NCBI GenBank assembly: GCA_049584655.1
Contig: JBAUYF010000038.1
Coordinates: forward strand, 5,524-69,523
DNA from: Thermoplasmata archaeon
GTDB taxonomy: Archaea; Thermoplasmatota; Thermoplasmata; Lutacidiplasmatales; UBA184
DNA length: 64,000 nt
Direction: 5' to 3'
The notes below the pieces were generated by a model, which was not told the origin of the DNA, made no database searches, and saw nothing but the letters and a program-made list of their open reading frames with translations. Shown in pieces: positions 18,673-27,997 of the stretch (position 1 is the first letter of the stretch; each line of letters begins with the position of its first letter). The position numbers and the translations under genes are program-made.

Positions 18673-20112
18673 ATGCCACGGAATCCTCGTTTTCCTCTCC
18701 CGCAACCGCTGTTCGATGAACCAGTGTTCAGCCAAGGAGCACCGACTCCTGACCCGACTCGGTTCAAAGTGCCGCATCCTTCCGACGCCCTCCTGTACGC
18801 GAAGATCCAAGCTCTACTCTACGAAGATGCGGTAGGATTCCCCCTCTCACGAGCCGCTCCCGGGGATCTGTATGAACTGGCGACCGCGCTCGGCCCGCAC
18901 GGACCCGAGATGGTGCAATCGATTCAGTCGGTCGGCGAGATTGCGTTCCACATGGTCGGAGACATCGGGGCGTCCACGGCAGGGAAGTACCCGGATGAGA
19001 TCCTGGTGTCGGACCGAATCACGGAGGACTGCCAGACTGCGGCGAGCGCGGATCGCCCCGCGTTCCTCTACCTCCTGGGGGATTTGATCTACGACTTCGG
19101 CGAATCGCAATATTACTACGATCAATTCTACGAGCCGTATCGGAACTATCCGGCACCGATCTTCGCCATCCCGGGGAACCACGACTCATTCATCATTCCG
19201 GGAACTTCGGCCACCGAGACCCCGCTCGATACTTTCCAGCGAAACTTCTGCGCTACGGAACCGGTCGTTACACCCGAGGCGGGGTCCCTACATCGAACGG
19301 CCATGACCCAGCCCGGCGTCTACTTCACGCTCGACGCGCCGTTCGTGCGTATCATCGGGCTGTTTAGCAATGCGCTCGAAGACCCAGGGGTCATTTCCAG
19401 CCAAGGGGGAACTTGGAAGTCGGTGCCGGATTACCAGCTCGACTTCCTGGCGGCCCAACTCAACCGGATCAAAAGCGACGCTTTCACCGGGGCGGTGGTT
19501 CTTGCCGTTCACCACCCACCCTTCTCCTATGCGCCTTCGGCGGCGGGTTCCGGGACGGGCGGCACACATGGCGGAAATCCGGTGATGCTGGCCCAGATCG
19601 ACGCCATCTGCAGCGCGGCGGGCGTGTACCCTCACGCGTTCATTTCCGGACATTCGCACAACTACCAGCGATTTACCCGATCCCTCCAATTTGCGGGAGG
19701 ATCGTATGAGATTCCGTTCATCGTGTGCGGGGACGGAGGCCACGGCCTCGCTTCGCTCGTCCAGGCGCGACTGGGATCGCCGGCTCAGGAGCCGAGCGAT
19801 GGACTCGATGTATCGTACTTGGATTCGAGCACCACCGTCGATACGACCGGTCTCACTCTCGATCGGCATGACGATCAGACATACGGGTATCTCCGATTCC
19901 AAATAGACGCTCAGCAATTGAGCGTCGGCTTCTACCCGGTTGACGCGGGAATTCCCGCGGATACGCGGTCGGACACAGTCACCGTCGAAATTCCCTCCCA
20001 TTCGCTGGTCCAGCAAACATCGACCTCGGTTCGTTCGGCCCGTTCCCGAAAGCAATCGGTTCGCAAGGCATCCAGTCGAGTCGTTCGTGCTCCCAAGCCT
20101 CGACGCAGATAG
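18673..20112 (+). CDS. Calcineurin-like metallophosphoesterase (purple acid phosphatase-like)
   Basis: Metal-binding motifs GDIGAS, GDLIYD, GNHD, HHPP and GHSH. Basic C-terminal tail. Confidence 0.75.
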   Translation: MPRNPRFPLPQPLFDEPVFSQGAPTPDPTRFKVPHPSDALLYAKIQALLYEDAVGFPLSRAAPGDLYELATALGPHGPEMVQSIQSVGEIAFHMVGDIGASTAGKYPDEILVSDRITEDCQTAASADRPAFLYLLGDLIYDFGESQYYYDQFYEPYRNYPAPIFAIPGNHDSFIIPGTSATETPLDTFQRNFCATEPVVTPEAGSLHRTAMTQPGVYFTLDAPFVRIIGLFSNALEDPGVISSQGGTWKSVPDYQLDFLAAQLNRIKSDAFTGAVVLAVHHPPFSYAPSAAGSGTGGTHGGNPVMLAQIDAICSAAGVYPHAFISGHSHNYQRFTRSLQFAGGSYEIPFIVCGDGGHGLASLVQARLGSPAQEPSDGLDVSYLDSSTTVDTTGLTLDRHDDQTYGYLRFQIDAQQLSVGFYPVDAGIPADTRSDTVTVEIPSHSLVQQTSTSVRSARSRKQSVRKASSRVVRAPKPRRR

Positions 20113-20175
20113 AGCCGTTTGCACATGCGACCCGCATCGGTGCCCCGGACGAGCATCGGCCGACCCGATGGTGTG

Positions 20176-20538
20176 CTAGTCGTCAACATTTTCGACGTGA
20201 TTCTGAGGAAACCAGCCCAGCTGCGATTGCGAATCCCGGCACCAGAGCCACCCCCCTTCTCGGTCCTCCGAGATCACCTGCAGCTCCTCTCCGAGGAGGG
20301 GGTCCAGTGACGTCGTGTCGTAGTCCGCCATCACGTCACCGGTCTTCCCCTCGATCCGCAGGATACGAGATGGGATCCAACCCACGGCCCCGTCTTTCAT
20401 GGTGACTAGCACGAAGGCGGGCCACTCATCGGATTGCTCACCCACCTCGACCACTTCACCCGGCCGAACTTGGAGCGGTGGGTAGACGATCTTCTTGGAG
20501 GGAGGCAAGCGTTTCGTGACTCGAACAAGGGAAGGCAT
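20176..20538 (-). CDS. SH3-like domain protein
   Basis: ADYDTTSLDPLLGEELQVISEDREGGWLWCRDSQSQLGWFPQNHVE resembles an SH3 ALYDY...WW...G.FP.NYV pattern. Confidence 0.45.
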   Translation of the reverse strand: MPSLVRVTKRLPPSKKIVYPPLQVRPGEVVEVGEQSDEWPAFVLVTMKDGAVGWIPSRILRIEGKTGDVMADYDTTSLDPLLGEELQVISEDREGGWLWCRDSQSQLGWFPQNHVENVDD

Positions 20539-20732
20539 TCAGGCAAGGACAGTAGGGGACCCATAAGGCACAATCCGTCCATCCCGAGCGCCGCTCAGAA
20601 CCGCTTGTAAATCTCACTTCTTGGACCTCGCTTACAAGATTCTCGGCGCCCTAACCCACTGCACCTCGACAACTGAGCCGGGGGTAGCTCAAGGGTCAGT
20701 CTTCACGTAGCCCGACGGTATCGGTCGGGGGT

Positions 20733-21611
20733 ATGCGGCACGCGATTCTAGGAGCCGGCGGCGTGGGAGGTCTGCTCGGGGCGTGTCTCGCGCACACCGG
20801 CGACCGCGTTACACTTGTCGTGCGGCCCGAGATGGTCACGGAGACGCCTCGCAGTTTACGATTAGAGAGTCCGTTTGGCAATTTTCAAGCCGATGTCACG
20901 ATCGCCGCAGAAGTTCCTCCAGTAGACGTGCTCTGGATTACCGTCAAAGCTCCACAATTGGAGGCCGCGCTCAATGCGCTTCGAAGTCCGCAGAATGCGC
21001 CCTCGATTGTTCCGCTTTTGAACGGCATCGATCACGTGGCGATGCTCCGGGCCCGGTATACCTCCGACCAGGTGATCGCAGGGACGATCGCGGTCGAAAC
21101 CGAGCGGGTCGCCCCGGGCCAAGTCGTGCATCGCTCGCCGTTCGCCCGCCTGAGCATCTCCTCCGTCGGTCGCCCCGCTTTGGCCGGCACCCTGGACCAT
21201 CTGCAACGACTCGGCTTCACGTGCCAATTTGTCGACGACGAACCGACCCTATTGTGGAGCAAGCTGGTTTTTCTCGCTCCCGTGGCGCTGACCACGACCG
21301 CGGCGGACCGACCGATCGGCGGGATCGTTTCCGACCCGGTTTGGAAGATACAGTTGGAATCGAGCGTACGGGAAGCATGTGCGGTAGCCCTCGCGGAAGG
21401 AGCGAAGGTCGACGCCGCAAATGTCCTGGCGATGACCCTCGGTATGCCCCCCGGTTTGCGGAGCTCCATGCAGAAGGATGTAGAGCAGCACCGGACTCCG
21501 GAACTGGATGCCATCGCGGGACCGATCCTCCGCGGGGCACGGCATCACAACATTCCCGCTCCGGCCACCCAGCAACTAGTAGAAGCGGTAGCCAAGCGAG
21601 CCCAAGGCTGA
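20733..21611 (+). CDS. panE: 2-dehydropantoate 2-reductase (ketopantoate reductase)
   Basis: MRHAILGAGGVGGLLGACLA... is the Rossmann N-terminus of the ApbA/PanE family. The C-terminal ApbA domain is present. Confidence 0.8.
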   Translation: MRHAILGAGGVGGLLGACLAHTGDRVTLVVRPEMVTETPRSLRLESPFGNFQADVTIAAEVPPVDVLWITVKAPQLEAALNALRSPQNAPSIVPLLNGIDHVAMLRARYTSDQVIAGTIAVETERVAPGQVVHRSPFARLSISSVGRPALAGTLDHLQRLGFTCQFVDDEPTLLWSKLVFLAPVALTTTAADRPIGGIVSDPVWKIQLESSVREACAVALAEGAKVDAANVLAMTLGMPPGLRSSMQKDVEQHRTPELDAIAGPILRGARHHNIPAPATQQLVEAVAKRAQG

Positions 21612-21616
21612 GCCGG

Positions 21617-22936
21617 TTAGTTGGCGCTACGCTTGGCACGACCGGGCTTACATTCCCAGGGTAATACGACGCAGTACACCTCGACGGGAACCTTCACATG
21701 CTTCAGGCGCTTCTTCCCGACACTTTTCATCGGTAGTTCGAACTTGTTACGGACTTGATCGTACACTTGCCGACTGATCGAGATTCCCCCTTCCGGTGCC
21801 AAGGGCTCAATTCGGGAGGCCACATTGACGGCGTCCCCGAGAATGTCCGCTCCCGATTCGATCACATCGCCCAAGTGGATGCCGACGCGCAGCCGGATCC
21901 GATCCTTCACCGCCCGCGTCCGGTTGTGCTCGTGGATCCGCTCTTGAATTTCGAAGGCACACTTCGTCGCGTCCAACGCACTCGAAAACTCCACGAGGAC
22001 TCCGTCGCCGAGGGTTTTGACCTCCCGTCCTTTGTGTTTTGAAAACGCCGTACGCAACGTACGGCGATGAGCTTCGAGCACTCGGAGAGACTCCGCGTCA
22101 TCTTTCTGCGCGAGGGCGGTATACCCCGCTAGATCGGTATACATGATGGCCGCCAATCGACCCGGTCCGTGAGGCGGGGCTCCACGCTCGAGCACCACTT
22201 CCCCGTTGTCGAGGAGCTGCATCCGATGCCAGCGCGTGTCGCAGACCTTACCTCGAATCATCCGAATCCGGATGTAATGGGCGATCTGACCGCCTTCCGA
22301 CTCGGACTTTACGTCAATGATGCCGTCACAGAGCGCCTCGAATTTTGTGTAGAACGTGTCGCTCGCGATCCCCTTGACGAAACCTAGAAAATGGGGGGTT
22401 TCGCGGGCTCGGATGCCGTACGGTAGAGCCCCGATCCGCCACGAGTCGATGAATTCCTTCTCCCCGTTGTACTGGAGAAAGATAGCAGCGTTATCATCCA
22501 AGTGGAGCCAACGTTTGTCCTCAGCGCTGTAGCCCGCTTTAGCGGCCTTCTTCCAGCGCACGGCGCTTTGGGCCACGTCCCAGGGATTGCTAGAGGTCGA
22601 AGTCCAGCGGTTCGACTTCCCGCGCGCCGCTTTCCGGACCTTCTCCGCGTACTCGACCGTCGGCGTAAAGCTGTCCCAGATGTTGAGGAGCCCTACTTTT
22701 TCCATTTTCTTGGCATCGATTCCCAAGCGTCCGAGCGCCTCTCGCGCTTCGTCCGGGAAGTGCTGGAAGACGTGATACTACGTTTTCATACCTTTTTTCA
22801 GCGCCAAGGCGGCGATCATCAGGGAAGTCTCATACCAGAGCGAGTCAGCGCCGAACTCGACGATGTAGTGACCTCCGTAGAAGAAGCCGTTCGGGGCGAG
22901 CTCGTTCAGAATGGGCACCTTGAGAGTTTCGCGCAT
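21617..22936 (-). pseudogene. Class III adenylate/guanylate cyclase fused to a degenerate (P-loop-less) KaiC/RecA-like domain, interrupted by an in-frame TAG at 22778-22780
   Basis: The C-terminus has cyclase motifs (AAIMYTDLAGYT, VKTLGDGVLVEF, GIHLGDV...GDAVNVASRIE). The upstream KaiC-like region is MRETLKVPILNELAPNGFFYGGHYIVEFGADSLWYETSL...GMKT-TAG-YHVFQHFPDEAREALGRLGIDAKKMEK..., with GGHYIVEF in place of a Walker A motif. The same frame is open from 22993 to 21617 except for a single amber codon. TAG is a common stop in this window. Confidence 0.55.
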
Positions 22937-23082
22937 ACGCGGCGACCACCGCACATCGAGGTTCTCGGAATGAACATTGCGTAGAACGCCGGATCAGGGC
23001 GTCCGCCCCGGGGTCATCGTTCAGGCGCCGTCACGTTCCCACTCGGTTACCCGACGAGCCCTTCGGGAGCCTCGACCCCAGC

Positions 23083-23658
23083 TCAACGAGTGAGCCGGCT
23101 GGCAGGTTGGCGGGGTTTCTTCGGATTGACGGAGCTGCCGGGCAGCATCAATTGCATCAATTCCACATCGAGCAGCCGACCGAACTTGAGTCCGACCTCG
23201 CGCATGACGCCCACGGTCGTGAATCCCGCTGACACGTGAAGCTGCCGGCTTGCAGGATTGCCTTCGGCGATGCGCGCCAGGATGGTATGAATCCCGAGGG
23301 CGACGGCCCGTGCCCGAATTTCCGTCACGAGCTGGCGGCCAATGCCACGACCTCTCCACGGGCTGGCCACGTACACCGATATTTCGGATGTAGCCGCATA
23401 CGCTCGACGTTCCGACCACGGGCTCAAGCCAGCCCAACCGATGACTTCTCCGTCGACCTCGGCGACCAGCACCGGATGCTGCGAGTCGTGATGCGCGAGC
23501 CACGCCCTCTGACCCTCGATGGAGCGCGGCTCGGTATCGAACGTCGCCGTGGTGGTTCGAACCGCCTCGTTGTAAATGGTCGCAATGGCTCCGGCATCCA
23601 TCGTCAGCGCCGCACGGATTCTCGGCTGGTCACGCATTCGACGATCCTTCACTGACAT
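23083..23658 (-). CDS. GNAT family N-acetyltransferase (phosphinothricin/L-amino-acid N-acyltransferase-like)
   Basis: IRAALTMDAGAIATIYNEAV...VYVASPWRGRGIGRQLV... Confidence 0.8.
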   Translation of the reverse strand: MSVKDRRMRDQPRIRAALTMDAGAIATIYNEAVRTTTATFDTEPRSIEGQRAWLAHHDSQHPVLVAEVDGEVIGWAGLSPWSERRAYAATSEISVYVASPWRGRGIGRQLVTEIRARAVALGIHTILARIAEGNPASRQLHVSAGFTTVGVMREVGLKFGRLLDVELMQLMLPGSSVNPKKPRQPASRLTR

Positions 23659-23703
23659 CGATCCCGAGAGAGTCGTTGCACAAGTCGCACGGGATCGTCC
23701 GAT

Positions 23704-25149
23704 CTAGGAACGTAGACGCGTACGATCTGCGATTCGGAGGATGGCGGCCAACGAGCGATCGACGTCGTCTTGGGTAGTGGCCCAAGAGCTCACACTGATC
23801 CGCATCGCCGATCGGCCATGCCAGCGCGTACCTCCGCACCAGCATGTGCCGTCCTCTTGCACACCCGCGATCACTCGCGCGGTGGCGTCGTCGTCCCCGA
23901 ATGCTACGAGAACTTGGTTCAACTCCACCTCGTTCAGAATCTCATACCCGGCGGCGTGGAGTCCCTCGGCGAATCGAGTCGCAAAAGCACACGTCCGCTC
24001 GACGAGCTCCGCGAGACCTCGGCGCCCCAGGGATTGGATCGCCGCCCACGTGTCCACGCCCCGAGCGCGACGCGAGAGTTCGGGGGTAAAGTGGGAAGGT
24101 TCTCTTCGATCACTCTTCACCAAATAGGCGGCCGGACCAATAGACATCGACGCAAGGAGGTCGGGTGGGTTTCGTACGAAAACGAGTCCGCTATCGTAGG
24201 GAACGTTCAACCATTTGTGACCATCCGTCGCCCACGAATCGGCGAGTTCCACTCCCGCAGTCAAGTATCGGCGTTTAGGCGCCACGGAGGCCCGGAGTCC
24301 GAATGCCCCATCCACGTGCACCCATGCCCCGGCGCTCTTCACGCGTGTGGAAATTTCCCCAATAGGATCGAACGCGCCGCTGTTCACGTTCCCGGCCTGG
24401 ACGCAGACAATCGCTGGAGTCGTCAAGGGGGGTATGGCATCAGCTCTCATGCGCCCTTGAGAATCCACGGACACGCGCAGGACGCGGCCGCGCCCGAGCC
24501 CTAGCATCGAGACCGCCTTGAGGAGAGAAGCATGTGCCTCTTCGCCGACGACCACGGTGATCGGCGGTGACCCGGCCAATCCGAGCTCCTCGACGTCCCA
24601 GCCAACGTTAGCCAGAACAGTGTGACGCGCGGCCGCAAGCCCGGTAAAGTTGGCCATCGTGGCCCCGGTGACGAAGGCACCCTCACTCCCTGCGGGCAGC
24701 TGGAGGAGGTCCCGCGACCAGCGAAGCGCGATCTCTTCGAGTCGCGCCGCGACCGGGGAGGCTCCGAAAAATGCCGTATTCTGGTTCCACGCCCCCGCTA
24801 ACCAATTCGCCGCGAGGGCCGCGGGAAGGGCACTTCCGATTACAAACCCAAAATAGCGCCCCCCCGCGCAACCAACGGCGGCCGGGGAACCCCGATCGTC
24901 GAGGATCTCGATCACGCGGCGCGGGTCTTGACCCGCTTCAGGAAGAGCGCCATCGAGCGCATCGAGTCCCTGAATATCGTTCAATGTCGGCGAGACCCGT
25001 CGTTCGTCGAGGCTTCGCAGGAATCGGAGGCTCCGTTCCGTGGCCTCCCGGAGCGGCGCCTCGGCAGGAAGTGCGGGCGCCTCCAACGTGCTCGGGACGC
25101 TGGGCCCCAGTCTCCTATCGGAATTGGTCATTTTTCTCGACTCGGTCAC
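23704..25149 (-). CDS. Group II pyridoxal-phosphate-dependent amino acid decarboxylase
   Basis: 481 aa. The PLP-lysine context is SWATDGHKWLNVPYDSGLVFV. The fold fits glutamate/tyrosine/diaminobutyrate decarboxylases. Confidence 0.8.
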   Translation of the reverse strand: MTESRKMTNSDRRLGPSVPSTLEAPALPAEAPLREATERSLRFLRSLDERRVSPTLNDIQGLDALDGALPEAGQDPRRVIEILDDRGSPAAVGCAGGRYFGFVIGSALPAALAANWLAGAWNQNTAFFGASPVAARLEEIALRWSRDLLQLPAGSEGAFVTGATMANFTGLAAARHTVLANVGWDVEELGLAGSPPITVVVGEEAHASLLKAVSMLGLGRGRVLRVSVDSQGRMRADAIPPLTTPAIVCVQAGNVNSGAFDPIGEISTRVKSAGAWVHVDGAFGLRASVAPKRRYLTAGVELADSWATDGHKWLNVPYDSGLVFVRNPPDLLASMSIGPAAYLVKSDRREPSHFTPELSRRARGVDTWAAIQSLGRRGLAELVERTCAFATRFAEGLHAAGYEILNEVELNQVLVAFGDDDATARVIAGVQEDGTCWCGGTRWHGRSAMRISVSSWATTQDDVDRSLAAILRIADRTRLRS

Positions 25150-25320
25150 TTGGGAAAGCGACGGCAGCCATCAAGGTGGCGCTAGGGTCGACTTCCGCGC
25201 GGTCAATGGAGCAGTACCCGCGTCGATCGCTGGGCGCGAACTCGACTGTCTGACCGCCTTAGCGAGGGGCGCGGAGGAACCCCCGGAGCCGTGTCCGCCC
25301 GCCCCTTCGGGGCGGTTGAT

Positions 25321-25422
25321 CTACGCTTGTTGTATCAGTTCCTGGGTGTGCCCCTCGTGGTTCTGGACTTCTTCGGCGTCGGTCGAGGAAAATTCCGTTC
25401 CGCAGTCAGTGCACCGGATCAT
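25321..25422 (-). CDS. 33-aa C2H2-type zinc-finger micro-protein
   Basis: MIRCTDCGTEFSSTDAEEVQNHEGHTQELIQQA is an exact C-x2-C-x12-H-x4-H pattern. A TATA-like GTATATAC lies about 30 nt upstream (25447-25462 on the plus strand). Below the ORF-track cutoff. Confidence 0.4.
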   Translation of the reverse strand: MIRCTDCGTEFSSTDAEEVQNHEGHTQELIQQA

Positions 25423-25579
25423 AGTGGGCGTCGGGGCCGACATAATTGGGCAAAGGTGGGTTGGTATATACAGTCAGTCGAACGCCCTCCAGCAAATCCG
25501 AGGTCGTCGCACGGGAGCGTGCGGCCTCTTCGCCATCCACGCGTGACTTCCGCTTCGAACGTAGACAGTCTGAATGGCA

Positions 25580-26182
25580 TTACGCTCCCGTCCCCGAGGA
25601 CGGGGTCACGGCAGGCGGAGCGGAGGATTTCCGGGCCACGACCGTTTCAAATCGCCACCGGCGCCGCACGTACACGAAAGTGTAGCCGTGATCCGTGAGC
25701 CATTGCCGGATCAGTTCCAGGTGGAGGAAGTCTTCGTAGAGCAGGAGCCCTCCGGGGCGGAGCACGCGATCGATCTCGGCGAGCGCCTGCGGGACGCGAC
25801 TAAAATCGTGATGAGAGGGGCTGGCGTGGTGAATCGTAACGAAAGCGAGAACGACGTCATACGTCGCCTCGGCAAAGGGGAGGTGCAATACATCCGCCTC
25901 ACGGAAGACGACGGCGGAGGGCCGGTTCGACGGGAAATGACGGTGAAGTGTTCGCTGTGCCGCCTCGAGCTGTCGAGGGTCCAAGTCCGTCGTGACGTAT
26001 TGCGCTGGCTGAAAACCTTCTACGAATCGAGCTGCGAGCTCTCCGCTGCCACAACCAATTTCGAGGCAGACGGCGGCGGGCGGAATCGGCGCGCTCGATC
26101 GTATTCGAGCGAACGATCGAGCGGCGCGGCGCCGTGCTGAAAGGTTGACAAAAAATCGAGAGAACGCGTTCATTTCGGGCAT
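25580..26182 (-). CDS. Class I SAM-dependent methyltransferase
   Basis: Motif I (CLEIGCGSGELAARFV), with an acidic post-I motif and a motif II region. Confidence 0.75.
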   Translation of the reverse strand: MPEMNAFSRFFVNLSARRRAARSFARIRSSAPIPPAAVCLEIGCGSGELAARFVEGFQPAQYVTTDLDPRQLEAAQRTLHRHFPSNRPSAVVFREADVLHLPFAEATYDVVLAFVTIHHASPSHHDFSRVPQALAEIDRVLRPGGLLLYEDFLHLELIRQWLTDHGYTFVYVRRRWRFETVVARKSSAPPAVTPSSGTGA

Positions 26183-26337
26183 GGGTCAGTGGCGGGAGAA
26201 CCTGCCCTTCTTTTACTCGTCGGTCGGGGCTGGTTGGGGCTCTGGGCAACCCAACGGGGTCAAACATTAGACCCGGTAGTGATTCGCCCCCATTCACATC
26301 GACAACTCCTTTACCTTGAATCACCAGTCGTGCCCTG

Positions 26338-27093
26338 ATGGCTGGCCAGTTTTGCATGCAATGCGGAAAGCCACTTACCCCGGGGACCCAGTTCTGCATG
26401 AGTTGCGGTGCCCCAATCCGTGGTGCTGCGCCCTCCGAAGCGCCCGGCGCGATTCCCCCGCTTCCCCCTCCTCCGCCCCCGCCTCCCGGCCCGTCCCTTG
26501 GCTCCGTGCTGGGAGTCGAGGGTGGTCGGAACTTCCTACTCCAACACCAGCTGATGAGCAACGGGCGCAACTACCGCGTGCTAAATTCGGAAAAGCGTCA
26601 CCTCTTCACGGTACGCGAAAGTTTCGGTCAGGAGGTACGGGCGAACTTCCTCGGAGGATCGGGTATGTCCCGCCCCGCCTTCGGACTCGGTGCGCTCGCC
26701 ATGGGCACCCGCAGCTTCATTTGGGAAGTGTTGGACGCGGCCGGGACCCCGCGCGGTCGAATCTCGATCCAGGTCTCTCGTGGCAACGCGGTATCCACCC
26801 TCGCGGACTTGGCCGGGACCCCGCTCCTGGCGATCAATGTCGACAAGGGGTTAGTGGGGGGACTGGCCGCCACGGCGGCCACGGTTGACGGGCGACCGAT
26901 GTTTCAAGCTCACGGGAATTTGATACACCACAATTTTTCGATTCAAGACCCCGCCGGACAGGAGGTGGCCAAGGTCCACGAGGCGTGGGCCTCGGTCCGC
27001 GACACCTACAACGTCGACCTCACAGGGAATGTGGACCCTCTGGGCCCGTTGATCTTCGCCATCCTGATCGACCGCGAAAAAGAGACCAACTAG
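26338..27093 (+). CDS. Zinc-ribbon + polyproline linker + LURP-one-related (DUF567, Tubby-like/scramblase fold) domain protein
   Basis: N-terminal FCMQCGKPL...FCMSCGAPI double CxxC. A PPLPPPPPPPPGP linker follows. The C-terminal domain (...WASVRDTYNVDLTGNVDPLGPLIFAILID) matches the LOR family. Confidence 0.55.
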   Translation: MAGQFCMQCGKPLTPGTQFCMSCGAPIRGAAPSEAPGAIPPLPPPPPPPPGPSLGSVLGVEGGRNFLLQHQLMSNGRNYRVLNSEKRHLFTVRESFGQEVRANFLGGSGMSRPAFGLGALAMGTRSFIWEVLDAAGTPRGRISIQVSRGNAVSTLADLAGTPLLAINVDKGLVGGLAATAATVDGRPMFQAHGNLIHHNFSIQDPAGQEVAKVHEAWASVRDTYNVDLTGNVDPLGPLIFAILIDREKETN

Positions 27094-27525
27094 GCCGGGG
27101 CGTTCGGTTCCGTACCAATCGTACGGGGTTCTAGCCGGCCGAAATCCTGAGAAGACTAGATTCAGCGGGTTCGATGGGCGGAGGCTCCCCCCCAGGGTCC
27201 TTTCAAAGAACTCGGTCAAGGTTCGTATGGAGCGAACCTTCTGCTCCATGTCGGCCGAGCCGTGCCCCGCCAGACGTCCGCGCGCCGCCCGGGCGCGGCG
27301 AGGCGATCGGCGGGCAATCTTGGAGGACGAACGCGGAGTCATGGTTTCCTGGGACGGGTGTTGCGATGCGTCCCCTAGACGAGTGCCTTACAACAGCCAT
27401 GGAACCGAAATCGCGGTCCACTTGGATTTCCGCCGACTCCGTCGGTCCGGTTATTGACCACGACCGATGCCAGATCCTTTCCGGCGACGACCTGACGCGG
27501 GCAGCGTCCATTGAACTTCTATCGA

Positions 27526-27897
27526 TTAGTCGAAGTGATTGGAGACCGCAACGAGGTAGACGAGTAGAATGATCACGATCACAAGCCCGAGCCAGGATTG
27601 GGATACGAATTCCACTGCGCCGTAGAGGAGGAGCACAATAATCGCGAGGACCAGCGCCCAGAGCTCCTGATTCCAAAGTCCATAGGCGACGGCGAGGATG
27701 ACGAGGCCAATGATGAGGATAATCAGGCCGCCGATGATCCCTCCCAGTCCGAACACAGTCGTGCCCCCTCCGAGCCCGAGGCCGACGCCGAGCAGCGCGA
27801 CGAGAAGTCCCAGGAGGAAGACAAAGAATCCAAAGATCCCGATCAGAACGGCGATGATCGCGACCCCGAGCGGAAGTCGACCTACGGCGGTGGACAT
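27526..27897 (-). CDS. Small glycine-rich hydrophobic membrane protein
   Basis: 123 aa, almost entirely G/L/I/V with 3-4 TM helices. Confidence 0.4.
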   Translation of the reverse strand: MSTAVGRLPLGVAIIAVLIGIFGFFVFLLGLLVALLGVGLGLGGGTTVFGLGGIIGGLIILIIGLVILAVAYGLWNQELWALVLAIIVLLLYGAVEFVSQSWLGLVIVIILLVYLVAVSNHFD

Positions 27898-27997
27898 AGC
27901 AGCCGTATTTCCCGAGGCTCTAAAATGCTTGCCAAGGTCGAACGACGTCGCGGACGCGACTGCTTTTCTTTCTTCCGGAGAAATCGATTACCGGAAT

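Noticed and set aside
22778-22780. In-frame TAG in the cyclase gene read as pyrrolysine
   Set aside because: TAG is used as the ordinary stop of many confident genes in this window (tbp, S9 peptidase, padR, ABC-2 permease, cupin). Genome-wide amber recoding is therefore implausible. Pseudogene, readthrough or sequencing error is more likely.
21617-22996. Cyclase as the PycC component of a Pycsar-type anti-phage system
   Set aside because: No cNMP-binding/TM or TIR effector gene is adjacent. The flanking genes are panE and a GNAT.
27094-27525. 430-nt ORF-poor region after the LOR gene as a structured ncRNA
   Set aside because: Several short hairpins are visible (for example GGTTCG-N7-CGAACC), but nothing diagnostic of a known RNA family. 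It is mentioned within another finding only.
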